This document shows positions 42,120 through 51,876 of a stretch of 64,000 nt of DNA, piece by piece. Below the pieces are notes generated by a model, which saw nothing but the letters and a program-made list of their open reading frames with translations, made no database searches and was not told the DNA's origin. The first letter of the stretch is position 1, and each line of letters starts with the position of its first letter. A program made the position numbers and the translations under genes. Origin of the DNA: an uncultured bacterium (GTDB lineage: Bacteria; Babelota; Babeliae; Babelales; Vermiphilaceae); assembly GCA_963702025.1 (NCBI GenBank), contig OY969699.1:256001-320000 (forward strand), given 5' to 3'.

Positions 42120-42629
42120 CTAAAATGCTTTTTTAATTAACCGCTCAATAGCATCCCTTGAAAATCTGCCTTCTATACGGCCAATTTCAACCCGTTTGTC
42201 AACTAAAAGCACCGTGGGATATTCATCAATCTGCGCCTCTTTGCAAATTGTAGGAAACTTTTCCTCTTCAACCAAAACAATTTTGAGGCGATCTGCATAT
42301 TCGACCGCAAGCTCGCGCAAAAGAGTCCGTTCGGTAACATCTTTTTGATAAAAATAAATAAGAACGGGCAGCGTGCAATTAAGCACCTCCGATTCAAAAG
42401 CAATCTGCGCAGGACTAAAATTATTTATCAAAAAATCAAGATCAGCCGGATCAGAATTTTCCAAAATCTTGCTCAATGAATTTGATTGTAGCAAAGTGCG
42501 TATAATGGTAACCGAATCAGCAAAATCGAAAAGAGGATCGTTGGCCTTTTGAACATTTGAGCTGCAAGAACCAAACGGCAACAAAAATGAAAAATTCAAA
42601 AATAGCCAAAGGTAACTTTTTTTAAACAT
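42120..42629 (-). CDS. Thioredoxin-fold protein lacking CxxC
   Basis: PVLIYFY...LAVEYADRLKIV.V...IDEYPTVLLV...GRIEG. Confidence 0.75.
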   Translation of the reverse strand: MFKKSYLWLFLNFSFLLPFGSCSSNVQKANDPLFDFADSVTIIRTLLQSNSLSKILENSDPADLDFLINNFSPAQIAFESEVLNCTLPVLIYFYQKDVTERTLLRELAVEYADRLKIVLVEEEKFPTICKEAQIDEYPTVLLVDKRVEIGRIEGRFSRDAIERLIKKAF

Positions 42630-42678
42630 TATTATCCTAAATCTTAATACAATCTTGACTTACGAAATCAGATTTACA

Positions 42679-42804
42679 CATCCTGAGTAGAAATCGTCCT
42701 TCGAGATGCAGCTACGCTGCTCCTCAGGATGATCGGAATGATGATGGCGGACATGGCAGCCCGGAGTTTATCCTGAGTTTTTATCGAAGGGGGCTACTCG
42801 CCAT
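42679..42804. repeat. Cluster of nested REP-like palindromes
   Basis: ccttcgagat-gcagc-tac-gctgc-tcctcaggatg; ggagtttatcctgagtttttatcgaaggg lies inside an atggc...gcagcc / ggctactcgccat stem. Confidence 0.75.
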
Positions 42805-42839
42805 GTGTGAAAAAAAAATAACACTTATAAAAGGATACT

Positions 42840-43457
42840 ATGAATACCTATAAAAGATTATCTAAAGACCATGCAGCGGTGCTATTCATTGATCATCAAG
42901 CAGGATTAAACACTCTAGTACGAGATTTTTCGCCAGTAGAATTTCGGCAAAATGTACACGCACTGATAGATTTAGCAAAATATTTTAAGCTGCCGGTTGT
43001 TTTAACAACCAGCTTTGAAGATGGCCCTAACGGCCCTCTCATGCCAGAAATTAAAGCAGCATTTCCTGATGCACCTTATATCGCACGACCTGGCCAGATC
43101 AATGCCTGGGACAATGAAGACTTTGTAGTGGCAGTAAAAAAAACCAGCCGCAAACAACTTATTATCGCAGGAATTACCACCGATGTCTGTGTCACCTTTC
43201 CCACACTCTCGGCACTTGAAGCTGGTTATGAGGTATTTGTGGATGTGGGCGCATCAGGCACCTATAGCGATATCGCACGCAATGCCGCATGGACCCGTAT
43301 GGTGAGTGCAGGCGCTCAAATGATGACCTGGTTTAGTATGGGCAGTGAATTACAACGTGATTGGCGCAATGATGCCAAAGGATTTGGTAAATTAATGGCA
43401 GAAAATCAACCCGCATACCAGTATCTAATGACAAGTTTCAACGCTCAGAAAAAATGA
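42840..43457 (+). CDS. ycaC: Isochorismatase-family hydrolase (YcaC-like)
   Basis: IDHQAGL, TTSFEDGPNGPL, RPGQINAWDNEDF and DVCVTFP. Confidence 0.93.
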   Translation: MNTYKRLSKDHAAVLFIDHQAGLNTLVRDFSPVEFRQNVHALIDLAKYFKLPVVLTTSFEDGPNGPLMPEIKAAFPDAPYIARPGQINAWDNEDFVVAVKKTSRKQLIIAGITTDVCVTFPTLSALEAGYEVFVDVGASGTYSDIARNAAWTRMVSAGAQMMTWFSMGSELQRDWRNDAKGFGKLMAENQPAYQYLMTSFNAQKK

Positions 43458-43466
43458 TTGTTCTTC

Positions 43467-44654
43467 TCACTTAATTTTATAAATACGATGCTTGCCTACC
43501 TTTATAACTGATCCGGGTTTTGGGTGCACCGTTGCTTTAAACTCGGTGATGGCAACACCATCAATGTGCACTGCTCCCGATTCAATCAACCGCTTGCCTT
43601 CAGATGAACTAGGAATTGCTTTGAGTAGTTTTAAAAGATCAATTATCCACAGCGGCTCATAGTTTGCCAGAGGAACTTCTTGGGCCTGTGAATAATCTTT
43701 CTTTTGAAACAATGCCTCAAAATTAGCTTGAGCTTCACCAGCTTCTTTTGGTGACCAAAAACGGGCAATAATGGCATGAGCCATATTCTTTTTGAGATCC
43801 ATGGGATGCATGGATCCTTCGTGCACATTTTTTTTAAATGCTTGAATGTCATCGTTCGTCTTATACAATAAAATGTGCATATAGTGCCACATCAAATCAT
43901 CGGAAACCGACATTAATTTACCATAGGCTTGAGCAGCAGGCTCAGCAAGGCCAATCGCATTGCCCAAAGATTTGGACATTTTTGGCCCACCATCAAGACC
44001 TTCCAAAAGCGGTGTGGTAACAATTACTTGCGGCTCTTGATTGTAATGCTCTTGCAAATAACGGCCCATGAGCAAATTAAATGTTTGATCGGTGCCGCCC
44101 AACTCAATATCCGCTTTTAAGGCAACTGAATCATATCCCTGAAATAATGGATACAGCAATTCATGAAAACTGATCGGTTGATTTTGTTCCATACGGTTTG
44201 CAAAATCTTCCCGTTCTATCAAACGCGCAAGCGTAACCTGCGCGCAAAGCTTGATCATATCTTTGATGCTCAGCGCATTGAGCCACTCAGAATTATAGAC
44301 CACGGTTAACTTTTTAGGATCCAAAATTTTTGAAACCTGATCAAAATAGGTTCTCGTATTTTTTTCAATTTCAATTTCCGTAAGTGGTGGCCGCGTTTTT
44401 GATTTACCGGTTGGATCACCAATACGCGCAGTAAAATCACCGATAAGAAAAATTACATCGTGGCCCAAATCTTGCAGTTGCTTCATCTTTGAAAGAACCA
44501 CCGCATGCCCTAAATGCAAATCAGGAGCCGTTGGATCCATGCCGAGTTTGATGCGGAGCGGTATGCCTCGTTCTAATTTTTTTATCAAATCGGCTTCAGG
44601 AATCACCGCGGTAGTGCTTGATTTGATGATCTCTAATTGTTTTTTAATTTCCAT
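43467..44654 (-). CDS. tyrS: Tyrosine-tRNA ligase
   Basis: [21 protein letters not shown] and C-terminal S4 domain. Confidence 0.98.
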   Translation of the reverse strand: MEIKKQLEIIKSSTTAVIPEADLIKKLERGIPLRIKLGMDPTAPDLHLGHAVVLSKMKQLQDLGHDVIFLIGDFTARIGDPTGKSKTRPPLTEIEIEKNTRTYFDQVSKILDPKKLTVVYNSEWLNALSIKDMIKLCAQVTLARLIEREDFANRMEQNQPISFHELLYPLFQGYDSVALKADIELGGTDQTFNLLMGRYLQEHYNQEPQVIVTTPLLEGLDGGPKMSKSLGNAIGLAEPAAQAYGKLMSVSDDLMWHYMHILLYKTNDDIQAFKKNVHEGSMHPMDLKKNMAHAIIARFWSPKEAGEAQANFEALFQKKDYSQAQEVPLANYEPLWIIDLLKLLKAIPSSSEGKRLIESGAVHIDGVAITEFKATVHPKPGSVIKVGKHRIYKIK

Positions 44655-44741
44655 TATCGGTGGCTCACTTTTTGTTTAGTTCATTCAAATTCTTTCTAGA
44701 ACCGCAAGGCTTCGCAAGCCAGAAAAGCATAAATAGTTATT

Positions 44742-45311
44742 TTATGGCTTGCAAACATGTTTTATTCTTTCTTGCAAAGGAATATAAGGATCATTTTTTT
44801 CATGAAGTTCTAAGGCAAGAGCTTTTTTTATGTCTTCCGGACTACCTGTGAGCCATTGCGTTTTATAGAAATTTCGCATTGCTAAATACCCCTTTATCCG
44901 ATCTAGTATATAGGTATGCGCCAGTTGACCGGGAACGTTAAAATCATCACCAACTACAAACTCGCTATAAGATACGAGCTGCATGTAGAATTTATCCCGC
45001 TGCGTTAATTGGGATGCGTCAGGCAATTTAGCTTTCGCTTCCATAACCTCATTAAATTCGTTCTTTCTGAATACTTCCATTGTTATTTTATCAGCATCAA
45101 TCAATATTCCACGCGCTTTTTCAAGGGATAGCTGATGTTTTTTATCCGGTGTTTCATAATTTTGCACGATGACATTTTTATTAATTTCAATAAATTCTGC
45201 TGCCATATAGCATTCAAGAAAAGAAGTTTTTTCTTCATATTCTTTTTCGGGCACTTCCATACCAATACAATTTATGCTGATTACAACAAAGAGTGAAAAA
45301 AGTTTCTGCAT
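44742..45311 (-). CDS. Secreted hypothetical protein
   Basis: Signal peptide CIG-MEVP. Confidence 0.65.
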   Translation of the reverse strand: MQKLFSLFVVISINCIGMEVPEKEYEEKTSFLECYMAAEFIEINKNVIVQNYETPDKKHQLSLEKARGILIDADKITMEVFRKNEFNEVMEAKAKLPDASQLTQRDKFYMQLVSYSEFVVGDDFNVPGQLAHTYILDRIKGYLAMRNFYKTQWLTGSPEDIKKALALELHEKNDPYIPLQERIKHVCKP

Positions 45312-45318
45312 GAATTCC

Positions 45319-45996
45319 TTACAAAAGATGTAATAGGGTTGCAAGTAAATAACCACCTTGATGGATTACATTATAAACAAAGTTTAAGAGCACACTTCCA
45401 AAAATAAAATAGAATAATAATGGCACCAGTACCATAATAATATTCGTATAATGCAAATAACTAGGATTTTTTTCGGCCAGATACATAATACCAAGCCCAC
45501 ACATATTCACCAAAAATGAAACCACGGCGAGCATAATATTTACGCCAAACATGGCAATAAGAATAAAGGCAATCGCAAGAGTATACGAAGAACTTTCAGG
45601 AAATGCAGTAAGAATGGAGCCTGCGGCAAAAATACGAGCGCCAAATAGAGCAATTAATGCGAGTAAAGAAAGAATTCCCAAAATTAAAAACCAAAATGTT
45701 TCGGTTAAATAGGCAATCAGAATTTTAACAATGCGGAATCTTCCATGCATATTTAATGGATTAATCGGCACAAATCGTGACCAGCCAAATCTATAGAGCA
45801 TCAAAAACAATGTACCCAAAGGATCCACATGGGCCAATGGATTGAGGGTTAAAAAGCCTTCTTGCTCGGGGGTATCATCCCCCAACTTCAGCGCCACCCA
45901 GGCAGTAAAAAAGCCGGCAAAAGTGATAGAGATAACATAGGCAATAAGGTATGCCATTTTACTAATAATAAATTCGGCTGTAGGGACATTAAGCAT
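45319..45996 (-). CDS. Site-2 protease (M50)-like membrane protein lacking catalytic motifs
   Basis: AWVALKLGDDTP..EG.LTLNPLAHVDPLG...FGW...VPINP; no HExxH. Confidence 0.8.
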   Translation of the reverse strand: MLNVPTAEFIISKMAYLIAYVISITFAGFFTAWVALKLGDDTPEQEGFLTLNPLAHVDPLGTLFLMLYRFGWSRFVPINPLNMHGRFRIVKILIAYLTETFWFLILGILSLLALIALFGARIFAAGSILTAFPESSSYTLAIAFILIAMFGVNIMLAVVSFLVNMCGLGIMYLAEKNPSYLHYTNIIMVLVPLLFYFIFGSVLLNFVYNVIHQGGYLLATLLHLL

Positions 45997-46156
45997 GGAG
46001 TTTTCCTTTATAGCTAATACAGCTAGTGTAAAAGAAATGATCTGGTGGGTCAAATGGGCTTTTTCGGGTATTTTGACCCAAAAGAACTAAAAGATTACAA
46101 TAGAATAAAAGCCTAAAATCTTAAATCAAAAATTCACACCTTAAAAAAAGCACATT

Positions 46157-48619
46157 ATGGATAAACAGTATAATCATCAGATCGCCCAGCAGGATGCCCG
46201 CATCAAATGGCACAAAGAAAAGATCTATAGCACTGCCAATAATCCCGGACAACTCTATAGCATCGACACGCCCCCTCCCACAGTCTCGGGCAATCTGCAT
46301 ATTGGCCATATTTTTTCCTACACCCAAACCGATATTTTAGCCCGTTTTGCGCGCATGAGCGGCTACAGTGTTTTTTACCCTTTTGGCTTTGATGATAATG
46401 GATTGCCAACCGAACGCTACGTAGAAAAGAAATTGGATGTTCGCGCGCATACCATGCTCCGCTCAGAATTTATAAAACTGTGCCTTAAAGAAACACAGGC
46501 AGTTGAAGAAGAATTTAAAGATCTTTGGCAACGCATGGGCCTTTCTGCCGATTGGGATCATTGCTATTCAACTATTTCCGATTCTACCCGCAAAATATCC
46601 CAAGAATCATTTTTGATTTTATTAAAAAAGGGATACGCCTATCGCAAAAATGAGCCGGCCCTTTATTGCACCACCTGCCGCACCAGTGTGGCCCAAGCCG
46701 AACTTGATGACATTGAAAAACCATCTTTATTTAGTGATATTATTTTTAAAGATGCACAGGGCAACAATTTGCTTATTGGTACCACACGGCCTGAATTGCT
46801 ACCTGCCGTTAATGCCCTCTTATTCAATCCGGCAGATGAGCGCTATAAACATTTAAAGGGTACTCATGCCACTGTGCCGCTCTTTGGCCAAAAGGTTCCT
46901 ATTTTAGAAGATGATAAAGTGCTTATTGATAAAGGAACCGGTCTTGCGATGACCAGTACGTTTGGTGATAAAACGGACGTTGAATGGTTTAAAAAGCATC
47001 AGCTTGAATACCGCCCCATGATCGGCCTTGATGGCAAAATGGTAGAAAAAGCGGGAATTTTAGCCGGCCTTACCGTTGCGCAGGCCCGCGCCAAAGCGCT
47101 TGAGGAATTAAACAAGGCGGGATTGTTAGTATCTCAAAAATCGATAACTCATGCGGTTAACGTTCATGAGCGCTGTAAAAAAGAGATTGAATATGTGATG
47201 CTTCCGCAATGGTTTTTAAATATCATTGATCATAAACAGAAATTTATCGAGCTTGCTGATAAAATTAATTGGTATCCGGCTCATATGAAGCATAGATATG
47301 TTAACTGGGTAGAAAATATCGGGTGGGATTGGTGTTTGTCGCGTCAGCGATTCTACGGCATCCCCTTCCCGGTCTGGCATTGCAAAAACTGCAATTATGT
47401 TATTACTCCCTCAATAGATCAACTGCCAATTGATCCACAAGAAACTCCGTATAAAGGCAGCTGCCCCGAGTGTAAAAGCACCGATATTGTTCCGGATACT
47501 GATGTTATGGACACCTGGAATACATCATCATTAACGCCTTATATTTGTTATGCGGAATATAATAAGAACGCAAAATCCGTGTTCGAGTCCTCTGAATTCT
47601 TCCCCATGTCCATGCGTCCGCAAGCGCATGACATTATCCGCACTTGGGCATTTGATACGATTGTAAAATCATGGATGCATCAGAATGACATTCCATGGCA
47701 CAACATTGTTATTTCCGGCCATGTGCTTTCGGATGCAAAAGAAAAATTATCCAAATCCAAAGAAAATGCCTCAACGTCCCCTCAAGGTTTGTTGGAACGC
47801 TATCCGGCTGATGTTATTAGATATTGGACAGCATCGGGCGGCCTGGGCAATGATATAGCATTTTCTGAAGCACAACTTAAAATTGGTCTGCGATTGGTTA
47901 CCAAAATTTGGAACGCCTTTCGCTTTATTCATGAGCATGTGAGCATCGTTGCCGTTGAGCAACCCTCAACGCCATTAGGCGTCACCAATGAATGGCTCTT
48001 GCACTCGGCAACGCAAGCATTTAACCGGTACACTACGTATCTCAATCAAAATGAATTCAGTCTTGCTCTTGATGCTGTGGAAAAATTCTTCTGGCACAAT
48101 TTTTGCGACAATTATTTGGAATTAATCAAGGATCAATTATTCAATCCGGATAAGTATACCGAATTTGAATTAAAGGCAACCCGCTGGACGCTCTACCATG
48201 TTGGCTTGCGCATTCTGCAAATGTACGCGCCTTATTTGCCCTTCATCACCGAAAATATCTATGGCATAATCTATCATAAGCAAACAGGCATTTCATCATT
48301 GCATCAAACAAAATATGCAAATATCCAACAAAATTATTTGTTTGAAGAAAGTGCAGCGCTCATGGAAACAATTATTGAGATAATTGCACAGGTACGCAAA
48401 TTAAAAACAGAAAAACAACTTTCGCTTAAGGTGCCGCTGGCAAGTTTGACTATTTCCAGCAGTGATGAGCATCTGTTGCACAAAATAGAAAATCAAATTC
48501 CGCTGTTGCGCGGCGTTGCTCATGCAGAAAAATTTGTGTTTAAAACACAAAAAAGTGTCAGTGCGATTCAAGAAATTGAAGCTACCTGGCACATGCAGGT
48601 GCATATAGGAAAAGAATGA
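46157..48619 (+). CDS. valS: Valine-tRNA ligase (archaeal/type-2-like)
   Basis: DTPPPTVSGNLHIGH, DWCLSRQR, RPQAHDIIRTW and KLSKS. Confidence 0.97.
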   Translation: MDKQYNHQIAQQDARIKWHKEKIYSTANNPGQLYSIDTPPPTVSGNLHIGHIFSYTQTDILARFARMSGYSVFYPFGFDDNGLPTERYVEKKLDVRAHTMLRSEFIKLCLKETQAVEEEFKDLWQRMGLSADWDHCYSTISDSTRKISQESFLILLKKGYAYRKNEPALYCTTCRTSVAQAELDDIEKPSLFSDIIFKDAQGNNLLIGTTRPELLPAVNALLFNPADERYKHLKGTHATVPLFGQKVPILEDDKVLIDKGTGLAMTSTFGDKTDVEWFKKHQLEYRPMIGLDGKMVEKAGILAGLTVAQARAKALEELNKAGLLVSQKSITHAVNVHERCKKEIEYVMLPQWFLNIIDHKQKFIELADKINWYPAHMKHRYVNWVENIGWDWCLSRQRFYGIPFPVWHCKNCNYVITPSIDQLPIDPQETPYKGSCPECKSTDIVPDTDVMDTWNTSSLTPYICYAEYNKNAKSVFESSEFFPMSMRPQAHDIIRTWAFDTIVKSWMHQNDIPWHNIVISGHVLSDAKEKLSKSKENASTSPQGLLERYPADVIRYWTASGGLGNDIAFSEAQLKIGLRLVTKIWNAFRFIHEHVSIVAVEQPSTPLGVTNEWLLHSATQAFNRYTTYLNQNEFSLALDAVEKFFWHNFCDNYLELIKDQLFNPDKYTEFELKATRWTLYHVGLRILQMYAPYLPFITENIYGIIYHKQTGISSLHQTKYANIQQNYLFEESAALMETIIEIIAQVRKLKTEKQLSLKVPLASLTISSSDEHLLHKIENQIPLLRGVAHAEKFVFKTQKSVSAIQEIEATWHMQVHIGKE

Positions 48620-49068
48620 TCAGTATCCGCACTACGCAAAGAAAAATAAAAGTAAATATTGCGCAGCTTAAAAAAGATGCGCAATATATTCTTGATGCAT
48701 TGGGGTATTCTGATTTTGATCTGGGCATCTGGCTGGCCAGCAACAAAACCATTCACCGTTACAATAAAGAATATCGGCACCAAAATAAACCGACCGATGT
48801 ACTTTCATTTCCCTATCACACAGATCTCAAGGCCGGACAAAAAATCACGGTAAAAAGTGATGAAGATAAAAATCTGGGCGATCTTATTATTGCGCCGGAA
48901 TATGTGATGAACGATTTGCCCAAGTGGAACACAACCTTTGAAAAACATCTGCAACGGCTCCTGGTTCACGGTATCTGCCATTTACTTGGTTACGATCATA
49001 TTGAAGACGAAGATTATAAAGTTATGCACAAAAAAGAAATGTTTTTGTTGAAAAAAATACAAAAATAA
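48616..49068 (+). CDS. ybeY: rRNA maturation endoribonuclease YbeY
   Basis: PTDVLSF and HGICHLLGYDH. Confidence 0.97.
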   Translation: MISIRTTQRKIKVNIAQLKKDAQYILDALGYSDFDLGIWLASNKTIHRYNKEYRHQNKPTDVLSFPYHTDLKAGQKITVKSDEDKNLGDLIIAPEYVMNDLPKWNTTFEKHLQRLLVHGICHLLGYDHIEDEDYKVMHKKEMFLLKKIQK

Positions 49069-49132
49069 TGCATAACTATACTAATTCTTTTGACTCTCTC
49101 AACATTTGCTTTGTAAATAAGGGACTATATTA

Positions 49133-50020
49133 ATGTTGAAATTAAATTACGTTTCCTCTCTGGGCGTAGCACTAAGTATTTATTCTTTGAGCTATACAAT
49201 GGAAGTACCGCGGATTAAGGGGCAACGCCAAATGCATCTTCAAGAAATATTGAATAATGATGCAATGAGGAGTTTTGAGAGATTTCCAAACTATAGTTAT
49301 TTTGCTCTTCCTTTAAATATCGATCAAAATGCTCTTTCAAAAATTATACAAAGTAAGAACAAAAAATCTGAGGATATAACTTATTCTACACAAATCGCGC
49401 AAGGCAAAACCGTTAATGATGAGTTAAAAGCACAAACAAATAATCCTGGTGAATTTGTTGCGCCATTTGGCTCAGCAAGCCCTGTAGCTGTGATTACAAT
49501 TTCTACATATGGTATTTGCCGGCACAAAGTTTTCATGCCACTTACTGATTCCGTCGACCTAACTAAAAAAGCTCTTGATACTCAACTTGGTAGAAGATTT
49601 TCCTACATTGAAGATAAGTCAAAAAATGTTAAAGAAGAACTATATGCGCAATATGGCGACCAAGTTAAAAAAAATTTAGAGAGCTTTAAATCAATGCTCT
49701 ACCTCAAAGTGTTACCATCGGTCGCGTATTCAGTGGCCCAACATATTACTAAAGATATAGTTACCGGCGCAGCAGAGTTTCTCAGTTATCCAAAAATACC
49801 TACCTCTCACCCGGTGTCTGCGCAAGAAAAAGAGAAACAAATTACTTCAATCCGGGCCATGAAAGATGTAGCGATTGCTACAAGTAACTTAAAGAGACTT
49901 AAAGCCTTGAAAAAAAATGATAACCCACAAATTAAAATTCTTGAAAAAAAATTTGAAAGTAATTTTTGTCAAACTTTTGAAAAATATATTCACACTCAAT
50001 ACAGTAGCAGGAACATATGA
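49133..50020 (+). CDS. Secreted hypothetical protein
   Basis: Signal peptide SYT-MEVP. Confidence 0.7.
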   Translation: MLKLNYVSSLGVALSIYSLSYTMEVPRIKGQRQMHLQEILNNDAMRSFERFPNYSYFALPLNIDQNALSKIIQSKNKKSEDITYSTQIAQGKTVNDELKAQTNNPGEFVAPFGSASPVAVITISTYGICRHKVFMPLTDSVDLTKKALDTQLGRRFSYIEDKSKNVKEELYAQYGDQVKKNLESFKSMLYLKVLPSVAYSVAQHITKDIVTGAAEFLSYPKIPTSHPVSAQEKEKQITSIRAMKDVAIATSNLKRLKALKKNDNPQIKILEKKFESNFCQTFEKYIHTQYSSRNI

Positions 50021-50610
50021 ATACTATTAAATATTTTATCTTAGCAGCATGTTTGGCTCAAAGCTCCATCAGCACATGTGTGCAAAATGAGGCAGAACTG
50101 CATCAAAAAATTGCCGAGCACATTCTGCGCGGACAAATCAAAGAAGCTTTACTCATGGCGGGTGTGTCAGTTGGCATTGGAGTGACTACCGGCGTTGCTT
50201 CATTTTTAGCAATCGAAGCATATAAAGCAACAAAAAATCTAGGGCACCGTCTCATCTATGGTCCAAGCTTACAAGATCAAATCATTGAACTACAGATGGA
50301 TAAAAACCGTCAAGCATATGAAGAAAAAGAAATTGCGCTAGCCTTTGCCCGGTTAAAATTAGAAAAAGAAGGCATTGCAACCTATGTATCTACGATGAAA
50401 ACAAATATTCAAGAAGCATCTCCGGAAGAGAAAGCTAGCATAGAAAAAAAATTGGTAGAAAATCTTAAATTGATGGCTGAAGCTCAGCGCAATCGAGTTT
50501 TGGGAGCACATCGAGGTGCCACGCCAATGGCTCCTTCATCAAATAATGTCACACAAGAAGAACAAGAAATAGTAGATGGCAGATCTCGTTTGTTGCAATC
50601 AGCCGCTTAA
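50017..50610 (+). CDS. Secreted or membrane-anchored coiled-coil protein
   Basis: Signal peptide, Gly-rich hydrophobic segment, coiled coil. Confidence 0.7.
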   Translation: MNTIKYFILAACLAQSSISTCVQNEAELHQKIAEHILRGQIKEALLMAGVSVGIGVTTGVASFLAIEAYKATKNLGHRLIYGPSLQDQIIELQMDKNRQAYEEKEIALAFARLKLEKEGIATYVSTMKTNIQEASPEEKASIEKKLVENLKLMAEAQRNRVLGAHRGATPMAPSSNNVTQEEQEIVDGRSRLLQSAA

Positions 50611-50620
50611 AAAAATATTT

Positions 50621-51223
50621 TTAAGAAGTCCGTTTGGCTAAAAATGCGAGCGCTTGACGCACGAGTTGGTCAAATGCTACGGAACTTTGTGGATATTGTT
50701 CATTAATATGATTCATGGCGGCAGCAATTTCTTGGCGCGAATAATTGAGAGATTTGAGCACCTGAGAAATTTCATGCCGCTTTTCTAGCGTTGGCGACGA
50801 GCCAATATCTGCACCACTTTCAATCAGTTTTGCAACTTTATGTTTGAGCTGCACAATAATCTGTTCAGCTTTTTTTGCACCAATACCGCTCACGCTGCTC
50901 AATGCATCTTCATTGCCCGTTTGTACCGCGTCCAAAAATTCTGATGCTCCTAGTTGACCCAAAACAGCCATCGCCAATTTTGGCCCGAGCCCAGAACAGC
51001 TGGTGATCATAAGGAACACCGATTTTTCTAAACTTGTTTTAAATCCAAATAATGCCGGACCATTTTCTTGGTTCCAATGCATATGGACCAACAGTTCAAC
51101 TTTTTGTCCAAGAGAGAATAAAGAAGGTTGCGGAACTTGGAGGGCAAATCCTATGCCACTATTTTCCACTGTCAGCATTGATTCTTGAATGTCTTTAATG
51201 GTGCCGGCAAGAGTATTGATCAT
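50621..51223 (-). CDS. ruvA: Holliday junction branch migration protein RuvA
   Basis: LFGF, SGLGPKLA and VSGIGAKKAEQIIVQLK. Confidence 0.96.
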   Translation of the reverse strand: MINTLAGTIKDIQESMLTVENSGIGFALQVPQPSLFSLGQKVELLVHMHWNQENGPALFGFKTSLEKSVFLMITSCSGLGPKLAMAVLGQLGASEFLDAVQTGNEDALSSVSGIGAKKAEQIIVQLKHKVAKLIESGADIGSSPTLEKRHEISQVLKSLNYSRQEIAAAMNHINEQYPQSSVAFDQLVRQALAFLAKRTS

Positions 51224-51318
51224 TTTTAATTCCTGTTAACAAACTTTTTTTCAGTAAACCTTAATTGGGCCCTAAAGACAAGATCTTGGCAATATTTAAC
51301 CTGAGCACAGGTTCTTTA

Positions 51319-51347
51319 TTGACAAAAGCCTATCTCATGGATACATT
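51319..51347 (+). promoter_or_regulatory. Sigma70 promoter of tRNA-Gly
   Basis: TTGACA-17 nt-TACATT. Confidence 0.7.
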
Positions 51348-51369
51348 TGGACTGTTACTCTTGAAATAC

Positions 51370-51445
51370 GCGGGAATAGCTCAATTGGTAGAGCGTTGCC
51401 TTGCCAAGGCAAAGGTCGCGGGTTCGAGTCCCGTTTCCCGCTCCA
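51370..51445 (+). tRNA. tRNA-Gly (GCC)
   Basis: gcgggaa acceptor stem, anticodon arm tgcc-ttGCCaa-ggca, GGTTCGAGTCCC T-arm, encoded CCA; 76 nt. Confidence 0.98.
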
Positions 51446-51612
51446 GTCTACGCCTACGCTGGTTAGACTTCGAAGTATAAACACGGCTACGCCTGGCTTT
51501 GCCAGTTTTTTAAAGGAAATACCTATAAAGTTTAAGAGTGGGCTAGACTGTACACCCTCGGATACATCTATGAGACATAACAACATATTTAGACAGGAGC
51601 AACAGGTAAGTT

Positions 51613-51697
51613 CCGTTCGTGCTGCCCCTTCGGCGAGCTCAGGAGTAAACGCCGAGCCTGCCCGCCGAAGCTTTAGCGAAGGCTGGGTCGAAGCATC
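51613..51697 (+). repeat. Triple-nested REP-like element
   Basis: ccgttcgtgctg[ccccttcggcgagctcaggagtaaacgcc]gag[cctgcccgccgaagctttagcgaaggctgg]gtcgaagcatc; empty form at 52720-52747. Confidence 0.85.
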
Positions 51698-51876
51698 ATA
51701 TCGAATATCTCAATAGCCAACAGCAAAATGGCTCTCAGGAACATCTTATTTGGCAACAATAAAAATTCTTGATAAGGTCAAAATAAAATCCCCGTTCATA
51801 GTGCAAAAAAATGACTTCTCAACGAATTATTTCAGCATAAGTGCATAAATAAAAAAACCATAAGGTTAGAAAAAAT

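Noticed and set aside
51370..51700. tRNA-anchored prophage or integrative element
   Set aside because: No integrase and no duplicated tRNA 3' end seen in the window
51265..51716. ORFs overlapping tRNA-Gly and downstream palindromes
   Set aside because: Spurious translations of the tRNA and repeat DNA
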